A stretch of DNA of 64,000 nt. It comes from Thermoanaerobaculia bacterium (lineage in GTDB: Bacteria; Acidobacteriota; Thermoanaerobaculia; Multivoradales; Multivoraceae). The notes under the pieces were generated by a model. It saw nothing but the letters and a program-made list of their open reading frames with translations. It was not told the DNA's origin and searched no databases. The stretch is from contig OY762911.1 in assembly GCA_963666565.1 (NCBI GenBank), forward strand, positions 4,096,001 through 4,160,000, in the 5' to 3' direction. Position numbers and translations under genes: made by a program. Below, in pieces: positions 28,024-40,294 of the stretch (positions within the stretch are counted from its first letter, which is position 1; each line of letters begins with the position of its first letter).

Positions 28024-29361
28024 ATGACCCGATATCCCCGCTTGCCCCGCCCGTCCCGTCGCCCCGCCGCGGCACTGCCTGTTGCGCTGTGCCTCGCGCT
28101 CTTCGTCGCGGCCGCCGCGGCGCCGCTGGCGGCCGCCGATCCGGAGTTCACCGTCACGAAGCCCGAGGCCGTCGGCTTCTCGGCCGAGCGCCTCGCCCGC
28201 ATCGACGCGGCGATGAACCGCTACGTCGAGGCCGGCAAGATCGCCGGGGCGACCGGCCTGGTCGCCCGCCGCGGCGAGATCGCGTACTTCAACACCTGGG
28301 GCTACCGCGACCTCGAGACGAAGGCGCCGATGCCGAAGGACGCGCTCTTCCGCATCTACTCGATGTCCAAGGCGGTGACAGGAGTCGCCGTCATGATCCT
28401 CCACGAGAACTACGGCTTCCCGCTGCGCACGCCCGCCTCGCGCTGGATTCCGGCGCTCGGCGACCTGGAAGTCACCGAATGGAGCGTCGACCCGGGGACC
28501 GGCGATCCGCGCATGGAGCTCGTTCCCGCGAACCGTGACATGACGGTCCAGGACCTGCTGACCCACAGCGCCGGCATCAGTTACGGCGGTCCGCGCAACG
28601 CGCGCGGCGGCATGTACTACGCCGAACTCGGGGTCGGCAACCGCGACCAGACCCTCGAGGAGTTCGTCGACAAGCTGGGCCAGGCGCCCCTCCACGACCA
28701 CCCCGGCACGGTGTGGCGCTACGGCTACAGCATGGACGTCCTGGGCCGCCTGGTCGAGGTGATCTCGGGCAAGACCTTCGACGTCTTCCTCGAAGAGGAG
28801 ATCTTCAAGCCGCTCGGGATGAAGGACACGGCCTTCTACGTCCGACCGGGCACCGAGGACCGGCTGGCCGTGCTCTACACGCCCAACCGCGAGGCGGGCG
28901 ACGGCACAGTCATGCGCTCCAGCGCGCCGCCGCAGGACTCCTATCTCAAGAAGCCGAAGATCTTCTACGGCGGCGCGGGCCTGGTCTCGACAACCACGGA
29001 CTACTACCGGATGGTCCAGATGCTGCTCGACGGCGGCCGCTACGACGGCGGTCAGTTGCTGAGTCCGAAGTCCGTCAAGCTCCTGTCTTCCGACCACATC
29101 GGCGACATGCCGCGGGTCGGTCAGTTGATGGGGCCGGGCGACGGGTTCGGGCTCACCTTCCGGGTCAACACGAACCCGGGCATCAACGGCGCGCTGGGTT
29201 CTCCCGGTGACTACAGTTGGGGCGGCGCCGCGGGCACCCGCTTCTGGATCGACCCCCAGGAGGAAATGGTCGCGGTGTTCATGGTCCAGATCCTCCCCCA
29301 CGCCGGCCTGACCTACGGCACGGAGTTCCGCAACCTCGCCTACCAGGCGATCATCGACTGA
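28024..29361 (+). CDS. Secreted serine hydrolase (beta-lactamase class C-like)
   Basis: Signal peptide; FRIYSMSK (SxxK), LLTHSAG, WRYG and WGGAAGT. Confidence 0.9.
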   Translation: MTRYPRLPRPSRRPAAALPVALCLALFVAAAAAPLAAADPEFTVTKPEAVGFSAERLARIDAAMNRYVEAGKIAGATGLVARRGEIAYFNTWGYRDLETKAPMPKDALFRIYSMSKAVTGVAVMILHENYGFPLRTPASRWIPALGDLEVTEWSVDPGTGDPRMELVPANRDMTVQDLLTHSAGISYGGPRNARGGMYYAELGVGNRDQTLEEFVDKLGQAPLHDHPGTVWRYGYSMDVLGRLVEVISGKTFDVFLEEEIFKPLGMKDTAFYVRPGTEDRLAVLYTPNREAGDGTVMRSSAPPQDSYLKKPKIFYGGAGLVSTTTDYYRMVQMLLDGGRYDGGQLLSPKSVKLLSSDHIGDMPRVGQLMGPGDGFGLTFRVNTNPGINGALGSPGDYSWGGAAGTRFWIDPQEEMVAVFMVQILPHAGLTYGTEFRNLAYQAIID

Positions 29362-29438
29362 CCCGCCGGGACGCGGGAGACGGCGCCGGAAGCCGCCACC
29401 CGCCAATCGCATCGACCCACCTTCGGAGAATCACACGC

Positions 29439-30455
29439 ATGGCCGAACGCAGCCAGGAAGTCCGTCTCGCCTCGCGCCCCGCCGGCGAACCCGAACCCGC
29501 CAACTTCAACCTCGTCGAAACCGACATGCCGAGCGCCGGCGACGGCCAGGCGCTGGTCCGCAACGTCTACATGTCGGTCGACCCGTACATGCGGGGCCGC
29601 ATGCGCGACATCCAGTCGTACACGCCGCCGTTCGCCATCGGCAAGGCGCTCGACGGCGGCGCGGTCGGCGTCGTAGAGGAGTCGAACACGGACGCCCTGG
29701 CGCCGGGCGACCTCGTGTCGAGCCGCTTCGGCTGGCGCAGCCACTTCGCCGCTCCGGCGGCGGAACTCCAGAAGATCGACACCCACGGCGCGCCGCTCTC
29801 CGCGTTCCTGGGCGTGCTCGGCATGCCGGGGATGACCGCCTACGTCGGCCTGCTCGACCTGGGCGAACCGAAGGAGGGCGAGACGGTGTTCGTGTCGGCC
29901 GCCGCGGGCGCGGTCGGCAGCCTGGTGGGCCAGATCGCGAAGATCAAGGGTTGCCGGGCGGTCGGCAGCGCCGGCTCGCCGGACAAGGTCGAGCACCTGA
30001 CCGCGGATCTCGGCTACGACGCCGCCTTCGACTACCACGACGATCTGAACCGTTCGCTCAGCGAGACCTGCCCGGACGGCATCGACGTCTACTTCGAGAA
30101 CGTCGGCGGGCCGATGCTGGAGGCCGTGCTGCTGCACATGAACATGTTCGGCCGCATCCCGGTCTGCGGGATGATCTCGCAGTACAACGACAAGGAACCG
30201 CGCCCCGGGCCGCGGACGCTCATCTCGATCATCCCCAAGCGCCTCAGGATGCAGGGCTTCATCGTCTCCGACCACATGGACCGCCGGGCCGACTTCGTCC
30301 GCGACGTCGCCGGCTGGATCGCCGAAGGCAAGGTCGCCTACCGCGAGACGATCGTCTCCGGCCTCGACAAGGCCCCCGAAGCGTTCATGGGGCTGTTCCG
30401 CGGCGAGAACACCGGCAAAATGGTGGTCCAGATCGGCGACGACCCGACGAAGTAG
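29439..30455 (+). CDS. NADP-dependent alkenal/prostaglandin reductase family oxidoreductase (CurA/YncB-like)
   Basis: SVDPYMRGRM, LGMPGMTAY.GL, SAAAGAVG, DVYFENVGG and GENTGK. Confidence 0.92.
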   Translation: MAERSQEVRLASRPAGEPEPANFNLVETDMPSAGDGQALVRNVYMSVDPYMRGRMRDIQSYTPPFAIGKALDGGAVGVVEESNTDALAPGDLVSSRFGWRSHFAAPAAELQKIDTHGAPLSAFLGVLGMPGMTAYVGLLDLGEPKEGETVFVSAAAGAVGSLVGQIAKIKGCRAVGSAGSPDKVEHLTADLGYDAAFDYHDDLNRSLSETCPDGIDVYFENVGGPMLEAVLLHMNMFGRIPVCGMISQYNDKEPRPGPRTLISIIPKRLRMQGFIVSDHMDRRADFVRDVAGWIAEGKVAYRETIVSGLDKAPEAFMGLFRGENTGKMVVQIGDDPTK

Positions 30456-30482
30456 CGAGGCGTAGCGGCTCGGCTTGTACCC

Positions 30483-30657
30483 GCCCGCCGGGAGTCCGGG
30501 TCGAGTGTCCCGGCGGACGCTCACCCCCTCTTGATTGGCGTCAGGCTGGGGTTCGCTGCGGTCGACTTCGCTCCGGCTCGGAGTCGGTCCAGGCAACGAT
30601 CTTGGCAGTCGCTCGTCTCCAGCCCGCTGGGACCCTCGACCCGGACTCCCGGCGGGC
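30483..30657. repeat. 175-bp MITE-like element with 35-bp terminal inverted repeats
   Basis: 30483-30517 versus reverse complement of 30623-30657: 3 mismatches in 35 bp. Confidence 0.7.
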
Positions 30658-30671
30658 TGGACGACTTCGGC

Positions 30672-31220
30672 TCAGCGCAAGCGCGTGCGGTACTCCTCGC
30701 AAGCCGCTTCAAGAGACGCCGGAGCAGGCTGACGTAGCGTCCCTTGCCGGCACATTTCCACCAGCACGTGAACGTGTCGCCGACAGTCCCTCGGTCTCTC
30801 CAACCTCGGGTAGTCCCTTCGAGTCTCGTCTACAGCCACTCCGTCCAAGTAGGCAAGCCACGTCTCGATGTTCCATGTGGGGATGAACACGGCCGCGCTG
30901 TCTTCCGCTGATCTGACCGCCACGTCCTGACGCCGGCATGCCTCGTCCAATCTGCGTAACCGCCGGGCAACGCCCACTGCATCGCCATCCGCCAGGACAA
31001 GCAGGGTCGAAGCCACGTGAGGCCAGCGGCACGCAATCAGTTCCTTTGCGTACTCGTCTTCAACAAACTTGTCAGCAGCTCCCCGCCCAGGTGGACTGCG
31101 CTCCACGCGGAGATGGTAGTTGTCCGTTACAAGTCCCGTCCTGCGGAGAAACTCGCGCGCAAACGTCTCGTGCTGCCTGTCTTCGCACAGGAGGATGAAC
31201 TGCACCCTCCGACGAGCCAT
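30672..31220 (-). CDS. TOPRIM-like (DUF4276/RloB-like) protein
   Basis: LLCED, DGD and IETW motifs; TGATG coupling to the upstream ATPase. Confidence 0.65.
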   Translation of the reverse strand: MARRRVQFILLCEDRQHETFAREFLRRTGLVTDNYHLRVERSPPGRGAADKFVEDEYAKELIACRWPHVASTLLVLADGDAVGVARRLRRLDEACRRQDVAVRSAEDSAAVFIPTWNIETWLAYLDGVAVDETRRDYPRLERPRDCRRHVHVLVEMCRQGTLRQPAPASLEAACEEYRTRLR

Positions 31221-32338
31221 CACCGCTCCCATCCTCGGGCCATGAGCTGGGAGAGCCTCAGCGACGTCTCGCGATTCGGCTGATCCAACCTGCCGCCGAG
31301 CGGCTCGGCCCTGGTCGGCCCCAAGCCATCGCGCCAGAGCAAGACGCCCTGATCGCCTCCCAGGTAGTCGATGACCTCGGGGTGGTGCGAGCACAGAACG
31401 GCCTGAGTGACTTCACTCCCGCAAGCATCCGCCAGCGTGATCAGCCAAGGCTGGATCTCCCGGAGTCCTACATAGTTCACCGGCTCATCGATAAGAAGAG
31501 CCGTCCCCTCGGCAGCGAGGAGAGTGATGGCGTAAAGGACGACCAGTGCGCGCTGTCCATCGGACAACTCGTGGAACCTGAACTTGTGGGCCTCGTCAGC
31601 CTCGCCAAACACCGCGGACAACACCCGAGTATCGACGCCGGCCTTCTCCAGGGAGAGACTGCGAAGTCCGTCAAACACCCCACGCAGAACGTCAACGTAC
31701 TCCGAGTACAGGTGCGGCCGTTCCTGCAGGAAGTGACGGTACCAATCGACGAAATTCCGTCCGTCCCTGGCCAAGGTCGGATCCTCGCCAGCCGCCTCCG
31801 ACACGAGGGCCGGCGGATTCAGCCTGCAAACCACCATGCCGCGCACGAACTCGACAAAACGGGTGAGAGCGAGGTTCTTCTCGATGGGCACGACGCGAGC
31901 AAGCGAGGACTCGCTCCAGTCGCTCTTGAAACTGGGACCCTCAGAATGGTCGTCACGGTACAGTTGCACGTCGCCCCCCGCGAAGTTGAACAGGAGGCCT
32001 CCGCTGTTCGAGAGAGTCTCGAGGACGATCCTCGCCCGTCGCTCCCAACGGTCGTGCTCCACCTCCAGGCGATACTGGAACGCGTCCCCCTCCAACTCCA
32101 CTTCCAGTCGAAAACACTGAACGTCGCGCTGCTCCCATCTCGTAAGGGACGAGGGCGGGAACACACCCCGATCAGTGACCTTGGCTGTGCCTTCGAGCAG
32201 TTTCCGCAACGCGTAAACCACATCCAACACCGCCGTCTTCCCCGCCCCGTTCTGACCGACGAGCAACGTCAATTCCTGAAGCTGCAAGTCGAAGTCGACA
32301 AGGGACTTGTAGTTGTCGACGTAGATGCTCTTCAACAC
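31220..32338 (-). CDS. ABC-type AAA ATPase (AAA_21/AAA_15-like)
   Basis: NYKSL, Walker A GQNGAGKT, signature LSDGQ, Walker B LLIDEP, H-loop SHHP; AGGAGG RBS before GTG 32338. Confidence 0.88.
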   Translation of the reverse strand: MLKSIYVDNYKSLVDFDLQLQELTLLVGQNGAGKTAVLDVVYALRKLLEGTAKVTDRGVFPPSSLTRWEQRDVQCFRLEVELEGDAFQYRLEVEHDRWERRARIVLETLSNSGGLLFNFAGGDVQLYRDDHSEGPSFKSDWSESSLARVVPIEKNLALTRFVEFVRGMVVCRLNPPALVSEAAGEDPTLARDGRNFVDWYRHFLQERPHLYSEYVDVLRGVFDGLRSLSLEKAGVDTRVLSAVFGEADEAHKFRFHELSDGQRALVVLYAITLLAAEGTALLIDEPVNYVGLREIQPWLITLADACGSEVTQAVLCSHHPEVIDYLGGDQGVLLWRDGLGPTRAEPLGGRLDQPNRETSLRLSQLMARGWER

Positions 32339-32469
32339 CGGTGGGTCCTCCTGACGCGTAGCCGCGTCGGCTTGCGAGCCTAGCGGATCGTGCCGCCGCG
32401 CCGCCCGCCGGACTCGGGCGGCAGGTTCGATATCAAGGTCAAGACATCCGTGATACCATCCGCGACGTC

Positions 32470-33045
32470 GTGCCTGTGCCGTCGAACTCGCAGCCGCCAC
32501 GGCCCACGAAGTCGGGCCGATTCCTGCTCCGGATGCCGGCAGCGCTCCACGCCGCACTCGATGGAGCGGCCCGATCCGCGGGCCTGTCGCTGAACGAGTA
32601 CTGCGTCCGCCGGCTCGCGTCGGGGGGCAGCCGCCATCCCGAGGCAGCCGTGCTCGTGACCCGGGCCGTCGCCGTCGCTGGCGACCGTCTCCGCGCGGTC
32701 GTGCTGCATGGCTCCGTGGTCCGGGGCGAGGCGACGGCGGACTCGGATCTCGATGTCCTCGTCGTCGTCGACGGCGGCGTCCGGCTGGACCGCGACCTCT
32801 ACAAGGCCTGGGAAGCCGAGTCCCCGGCACCGGCCGATCAACGACCGGTCGACGCTCACTTCGTCCATTCGCCCGGCGAAGACAGCATGAGCGGACTATG
32901 GGCGGAAGCGGCAATCGCCGGCGAAGTCCTGTTCGACGTGGACGGCGAAACGTCCGCCCACCTCGCCCGCGCGCGCCACGAGATTGCCGAAGGGCGGCTT
33001 TGCCGGCGCGTCGTCCACGGACAGCCCTACTGGACGGCCGCCTGA
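32470..33045 (+). CDS. HicB-like RHH + minimal nucleotidyltransferase (MNT) antitoxin
   Basis: SGRFLLRMP..LH..L...A...GLSLNEY followed by GS-X10-DLD motif. Confidence 0.8.
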   Translation: MPVPSNSQPPRPTKSGRFLLRMPAALHAALDGAARSAGLSLNEYCVRRLASGGSRHPEAAVLVTRAVAVAGDRLRAVVLHGSVVRGEATADSDLDVLVVVDGGVRLDRDLYKAWEAESPAPADQRPVDAHFVHSPGEDSMSGLWAEAAIAGEVLFDVDGETSAHLARARHEIAEGRLCRRVVHGQPYWTAA

Positions 33046-33461
33046 TGCGCAATCGGGCTCTGGCGGCCGACTACGTCCGCCGCGCGCGGGCCCGCCTCCC
33101 CACCCTGGACGTACTGTACGAGGCTCGGAGCTGGGCCGACGTCGTCCGCGAGTCGCAGGAAATCGTCGAACTCGGCCTCAAGGGCCTGCTTCGCTCGGTC
33201 GGCGTCGACCCGCCCCGCCTCCACGACGTCGCCGACGTGCTGGAAGCCGAACGGGCCCGGCTGCCGGCGCCGGTGCTCGAACGCCTGGACGAACTTTCGC
33301 AAGCATCCCGCAGCCTGAGGCGCGACCGGGAGCTCGCGTTCCACGGCGCGGAGGATCTGACGCCGTCGGATTTCTACCGGGAGTCCGACGCCTCGGAGGC
33401 ACGGGCGGCCGCCCGCCTCGTCGTGGAGACGGTCGTGCCGTGCGTACCGGACAGTCGGTGA
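33045..33461 (+). CDS. HEPN domain toxin
   Basis: DVVRESQE.VEL.LKG.L, PR.HDV, RELAFH; TGATG overlap with the MNT gene. Confidence 0.82.
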   Translation: MRNRALAADYVRRARARLPTLDVLYEARSWADVVRESQEIVELGLKGLLRSVGVDPPRLHDVADVLEAERARLPAPVLERLDELSQASRSLRRDRELAFHGAEDLTPSDFYRESDASEARAAARLVVETVVPCVPDSR

Positions 33462-33473
33462 AGCAAGTACCCA

Positions 33474-33669
33474 CAGCGGTCGTCCGCTGGGCTGGCGCGC
33501 AGGGAACTGGTGGTCCCACGGAAGGGGTGGCGATCCAAGTGGTCGCCGCTTCGCGGCGGCCGTGTCTTTCGGAAGCGGACCAGAAGGTCCGCTGCCGCCG
33601 AAGGCGGCCGGAAACTCGCGCCGGCCGAAGGCCGGCACCGCATCCGACGCGGCGAGTCCATGCAAGCGC
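33474..33669. repeat. Composite family-2 REP element, collapsed form lacking the internal cassette (reverse orientation)
   Basis: Single palindrome 33575-33592 joins both flanks seen in the 25.6 kb and 63 kb copies. Confidence 0.8.
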
Positions 33670-33742
33670 CGCCAACGACGACGAGGGCGGCGCGAGACGC
33701 CTTCCCGGCGGGCCGCTCTTCGGCCAGGGTTCCGCTGACCCG

Positions 33743-34891
33743 CTACGGGTACGGGTAGTCCAGATCCAGGAACGGAAAGGCGCCGAGGACGGTCGGAGGA
33801 TCGACCGGCAGGGCGCGGTGGAGGCAGGAGGCGTCGAGTTCGTCCCAGCCGGTGACGCCGAGCAGGCCGAGGCAGGTGACGATCTCGTGTTCGAGGATCT
33901 TGAGCATCCGGACGACGCCTTCGCGGCCGCCGGCGGCCATGGCGATGGCTTCGAGCCGGCCGATGCCGATGGCGTCGGCGCCGAGGACCATGGCCTTCAC
34001 GACGTCGGTGCCGCGCATGAAGCCGCCGTCGACGACGATCTCGGTGCGGCCGTCGACCTCCTTTACAACCTCCGGCAGGGTGTCGAGGGTGCCGCGGGTG
34101 TGGTCGAGTTGCCGGCCGCCGTGGTTGGAGACGTAGACGACGTCGACGCCGTGCTCGCAGGCCAGCCCCGCGTCCTCCGCCGTGGCGATGCCCTTGAGGA
34201 TGAGCGGGATGTCGAACTCGTCCTTGATCCGCTTGACCAGGTCCCAGGTCATCCGGGCCTGGTAGTTGAGCGGCGCCACGCGGGTGGTCGCCTCGCCGAC
34301 CGAGGGCGGCCGCCAGCGCTTGAGCAGATCGCGCTCGCGGCGGCTGTAGACCTGGGTGTCGACGGTGAGGCAGAAGCCGTTATAGCCGGCGGCCTGGGCG
34401 CGGCGGATCAGGCCGCGCATCCAGTCCTCGTCGTCGGCGAGGTAGAGCTGGTACACCTTGGCCGAGCCGGACGCTTCGGCGGTGCCTTCGAGCCCCGGCA
34501 AGCAAACGGAGCTGACGAAGTTCATGATCCCGAAGTCCTCGGCCGCCTTCCCGGCCGTGGCGCCGCCGCCTTCCTCGAACAGTTGGAGCGAGCCGATCGG
34601 CGCCAGGATGACGGGAATGCGGAGGTCGTGGCCGAGCAGCGAACCGCCGGCCTCGACCTTCGAGACGTCGGTCAGCACGCGCGGACGGAAGGCCACCGAG
34701 TCCAGGGCCTGGCGGTTGCGCTTGACCGACGTCTCCGTCTCGGCACCGCCGACCAGGTAGTCCCAGACGTTCCCGTCGAGGTTGCGGCGAGCGGCGACGA
34801 CGAGCTCGTGGAGAGTCAGCGCGTTCCTGGCCGCTTCTCCCGGCGCCAGCGGGTCGGCCTGCATGTTCGGGCGTCGTCTGGGGTCGGTCAC
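33743..34891 (-). CDS. FMN-dependent alpha-hydroxy acid oxidase/dehydrogenase (start may be 34864)
   Basis: FRPRVL, LTVD, LKGI, VSNHGGRQLD, DGG..RGTDV.KA. Confidence 0.92.
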   Translation of the reverse strand: MTDPRRRPNMQADPLAPGEAARNALTLHELVVAARRNLDGNVWDYLVGGAETETSVKRNRQALDSVAFRPRVLTDVSKVEAGGSLLGHDLRIPVILAPIGSLQLFEEGGGATAGKAAEDFGIMNFVSSVCLPGLEGTAEASGSAKVYQLYLADDEDWMRGLIRRAQAAGYNGFCLTVDTQVYSRRERDLLKRWRPPSVGEATTRVAPLNYQARMTWDLVKRIKDEFDIPLILKGIATAEDAGLACEHGVDVVYVSNHGGRQLDHTRGTLDTLPEVVKEVDGRTEIVVDGGFMRGTDVVKAMVLGADAIGIGRLEAIAMAAGGREGVVRMLKILEHEIVTCLGLLGVTGWDELDASCLHRALPVDPPTVLGAFPFLDLDYPYP

Positions 34892-35026
34892 GGGGGCGCT
34901 CGGTCTCGTTCGGCGGGGACCCTAGCAGCCCCTGGCAGGCTCCGGATGCCGGCGGGGGCGCCGGCGCACCCGGTGTGCGAACGCTCGGTGGACAGGAGCC
35001 GACGCCCGATGGAAGGCTTGCCGCCG

Positions 35027-35392
35027 ATGATCGAAGTCGACCTGCCGCGGTTCGAGTACCTGCTGGCGCGTGCCCTGGACACGCTGCCGCCCGCGTTCGC
35101 GGAGCTGATCGACAACGTCGCCGTCGTCGTCGAAGAGGAACCGAGCGAGGAGGATCTGCGCCTGGTCGGGCTCGACCCGGAGGAGGACGACCTGCTGGGG
35201 CTCTACCACGGCGTTCCGCTCGACGAACGGGGCAGCGGCTACAGCTCGCTGCCGGACCGGGTCGTGATCTACCGCCTGCCGATCCTCTGGATCTGCGAGA
35301 CGGAGGCGGACGTGGTGAAGGAGGTGCGGGACACGCTGGTCCACGAACTCGGTCATCACTTCGGGCTGGGCGACGAGGACATGCCGTACTGA
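35027..35392 (+). CDS. Zincin-like metallopeptidase family protein
   Basis: LLGLYHGVPL, LPDRVVIYR.PI and HELGHHFG motifs. Confidence 0.85.
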   Translation: MIEVDLPRFEYLLARALDTLPPAFAELIDNVAVVVEEEPSEEDLRLVGLDPEEDDLLGLYHGVPLDERGSGYSSLPDRVVIYRLPILWICETEADVVKEVRDTLVHELGHHFGLGDEDMPY

Positions 35393-35396
35393 GGCT

Positions 35397-35536
35397 GGGT
35401 GCGCGGGTCTTCCGACCCGCCCAGAGGCGTAGCCGCAAAGCGGCGAAGCCCGGACAGCAGGGCCGCCGGCCACAGGCCGGCGACAGTGCTGGAGGCCGCC
35501 TGCGGCGGCAAAGCGGGTCAGAAGACCCGCGCACCC
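35397..35536. repeat. REPIN-like element, family 1
   Basis: Same terminal REPs and internal hairpins as 2676-2812. Confidence 0.85.
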
Positions 35537-35562
35537 AGCGGTGCGGCTGCTAGGTTCCATTC

Positions 35563-36435
35563 ATGCCGAAGCACCTTCCCTGGCTGGGCATCGCCGGCGC
35601 GCTCGTCGCCGGCGCGCTGATGGCGGCGGCCGGCGGCAGCCGCGGCGTCGAGGTCGGCGGGCTGCCTGCGTTCGCCGTGCTGATCGCCGCCGCGTTCGCG
35701 GTGCAGTGGATCGCCTTCCTTCCGGCCTGGCTCCTCCAGACCGAGCGCTTCTTCGACCTGACCGGGAGCGTCACCTTCCTGGTCGTGACGGGATGCGCGC
35801 TCGCGATCCGCGGCGGCTTCGACCCGCGCTCGCTCGTCATCGCGGCGGCCATCGCGGTGTGGGCGCTGCGACTCGGGCCGTTCCTCTTCCTGCGCGTCCG
35901 CAAGGACGGCGAGGACCGCCGCTTCCGGCGGATCAAGCCCGACTTCCCCGTCTTTCTGATGACCTGGACCCTGCAGGGCCTCTGGGTGTCGCTGACCGCC
36001 GCCCCGGCGGTGGCCGCGCTGCTCGCGAGCGAGGCGACGCCGCCGGACTGGACCCTCGCCGCCGGGCTCGCCCTGTGGGCCGCCGGCTTCGTCATCGAGG
36101 TGACGGCCGACGCCCAGAAGACCCGCTTCCGTGCCGCGCCGGAGAACCGGGACCGGTTCATCGCGTCTGGACTCTGGGCCTGGTCGCGCCACCCGAACTA
36201 CTTCGGCGAGATCGTCCTCTGGATCGGCATCGCCGCGATGGCGGCGCCGGCGCTTGAGGGCTGGCAACTGGCCACGCTCGTCTCGCCGGTCTTCGTCTGG
36301 CTGCTGCTGACCCGGATCAGCGGCGTCCGGATGCTTGAGGCGCGGGCGAACCGCAAGTGGCGCGACGATCCCGGCTACCGGGAGTACGTCCGCCGCACGA
36401 ACACGCTGCTGCCCTTCCCGCCGCGCAAGGCTTGA
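35563..36435 (+). CDS. DUF1295 / steroid 5-alpha-reductase-like membrane protein
   Basis: ED.RF, AD.QK..F and GLWAWSRHPNYFGE motifs. Confidence 0.88.
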   Translation: MPKHLPWLGIAGALVAGALMAAAGGSRGVEVGGLPAFAVLIAAAFAVQWIAFLPAWLLQTERFFDLTGSVTFLVVTGCALAIRGGFDPRSLVIAAAIAVWALRLGPFLFLRVRKDGEDRRFRRIKPDFPVFLMTWTLQGLWVSLTAAPAVAALLASEATPPDWTLAAGLALWAAGFVIEVTADAQKTRFRAAPENRDRFIASGLWAWSRHPNYFGEIVLWIGIAAMAAPALEGWQLATLVSPVFVWLLLTRISGVRMLEARANRKWRDDPGYREYVRRTNTLLPFPPRKA

Positions 36436-37289
36436 CGGCCTGGCAGCACCTGAGGGCGGCGCTCTGCCTCGCCGGCATCACGCTGAATCTGATCTTCTGG
36501 GGGTTCGCTCTGCTCGTCCTGCTGCCCGCCAAGGCGGCGCCGCGGACCCGCCCGTGGTACCGGCGAGTCGCCGCGCGCATCTACCGCGCTGCCGTGCGGG
36601 TCGACAACGTACTGCTGCGGCGGCTCTCCCGCGCCTCCTGGCACTTCCGCGCACTGACGCTCGACCCGGAGCGGCCTCACATCGTCGTCTCGAACCACCG
36701 CTCCTGGGCCGACGTCTTCCTGGTCCAGGATCTCGTCACCGGGCGCGGCCCGATCGTCACGTTCCTGAGCAAGCGCGAACTCGTCTACGTGCCGATCTTC
36801 GGCCTGATCATCCTCGCCTTCGACTTCCCCGTGCTGCGCCGCCGCACGCCGCGGGGCGTCGATGCCGCGAGCCGCCGCGCCGACGACCGCCGGCGGGTGA
36901 CCGAAGCCGCCGCCGCCCTGCTCGACTCGCCCACCGCCATCCTCTCCTTCGCCGAAGGCACCCGCTTCACCGCGGCCAAGCGCGATGCCGGCGACCGGCC
37001 CTACCTGCATCTGTTGCCTCCCCGCGCCGGCGGCCTGCGCGCCATGATCGAGGCGCTCGCCTCGGGCGGCGGCTCGATCGTGGACGTCACGCTCGTCTAC
37101 CCGCGTTCCGCCACCTTCTGGGAGTTCCTGGGCGGCGCCGTGGGGCCGGTGCAAGTGGCATGGGAGACGATTCCGATCGCTACAGTGAAGTCCGGCGAGG
37201 TGCGGGACTGGCTGAACGACCGCTGGCGGCGCAAGGACGAACTGCTGCACCGATCTTTAGGCGAACGCACTAAGATCTGTACTACCTAA
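36432..37289 (+). CDS. PlsC/YihG-like lysophospholipid acyltransferase
   Basis: NHRSWAD (HX4D), FAEGTR and LLPPRAGG; TTG start overlapping the upstream stop. Confidence 0.85.
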   Translation: MTAWQHLRAALCLAGITLNLIFWGFALLVLLPAKAAPRTRPWYRRVAARIYRAAVRVDNVLLRRLSRASWHFRALTLDPERPHIVVSNHRSWADVFLVQDLVTGRGPIVTFLSKRELVYVPIFGLIILAFDFPVLRRRTPRGVDAASRRADDRRRVTEAAAALLDSPTAILSFAEGTRFTAAKRDAGDRPYLHLLPPRAGGLRAMIEALASGGGSIVDVTLVYPRSATFWEFLGGAVGPVQVAWETIPIATVKSGEVRDWLNDRWRRKDELLHRSLGERTKICTT

Positions 37290-37372
37290 GCGAAATGGAA
37301 TAAGATCCCGCGCCGGTCCCGTTCCGGCGGACACGAACAACCACTGCCCCGAACCGCGAGGCACCCGACCCC

Positions 37373-40147
<2,775 letters not shown>

Positions 40148-40294
40148 CCGCTGGCGCGCCGGCCGTGCCGCGGCCTCCAGGCCCGCATCCAAGGCATCGG
40201 AGCGACGCCGCAAGGCGGCGAGCCCGCTTCGCCCACCGCGGATCGCTCACCCGCACGAGGACCGGCGTCCGCCAGTCGGAACGTCGATCCCGGG

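Noticed and set aside
28024-29361. Antibiotic-resistance beta-lactamase
   Set aside because: Motifs fit the broad esterase-like serine hydrolase family; nothing specific for AmpC activity.
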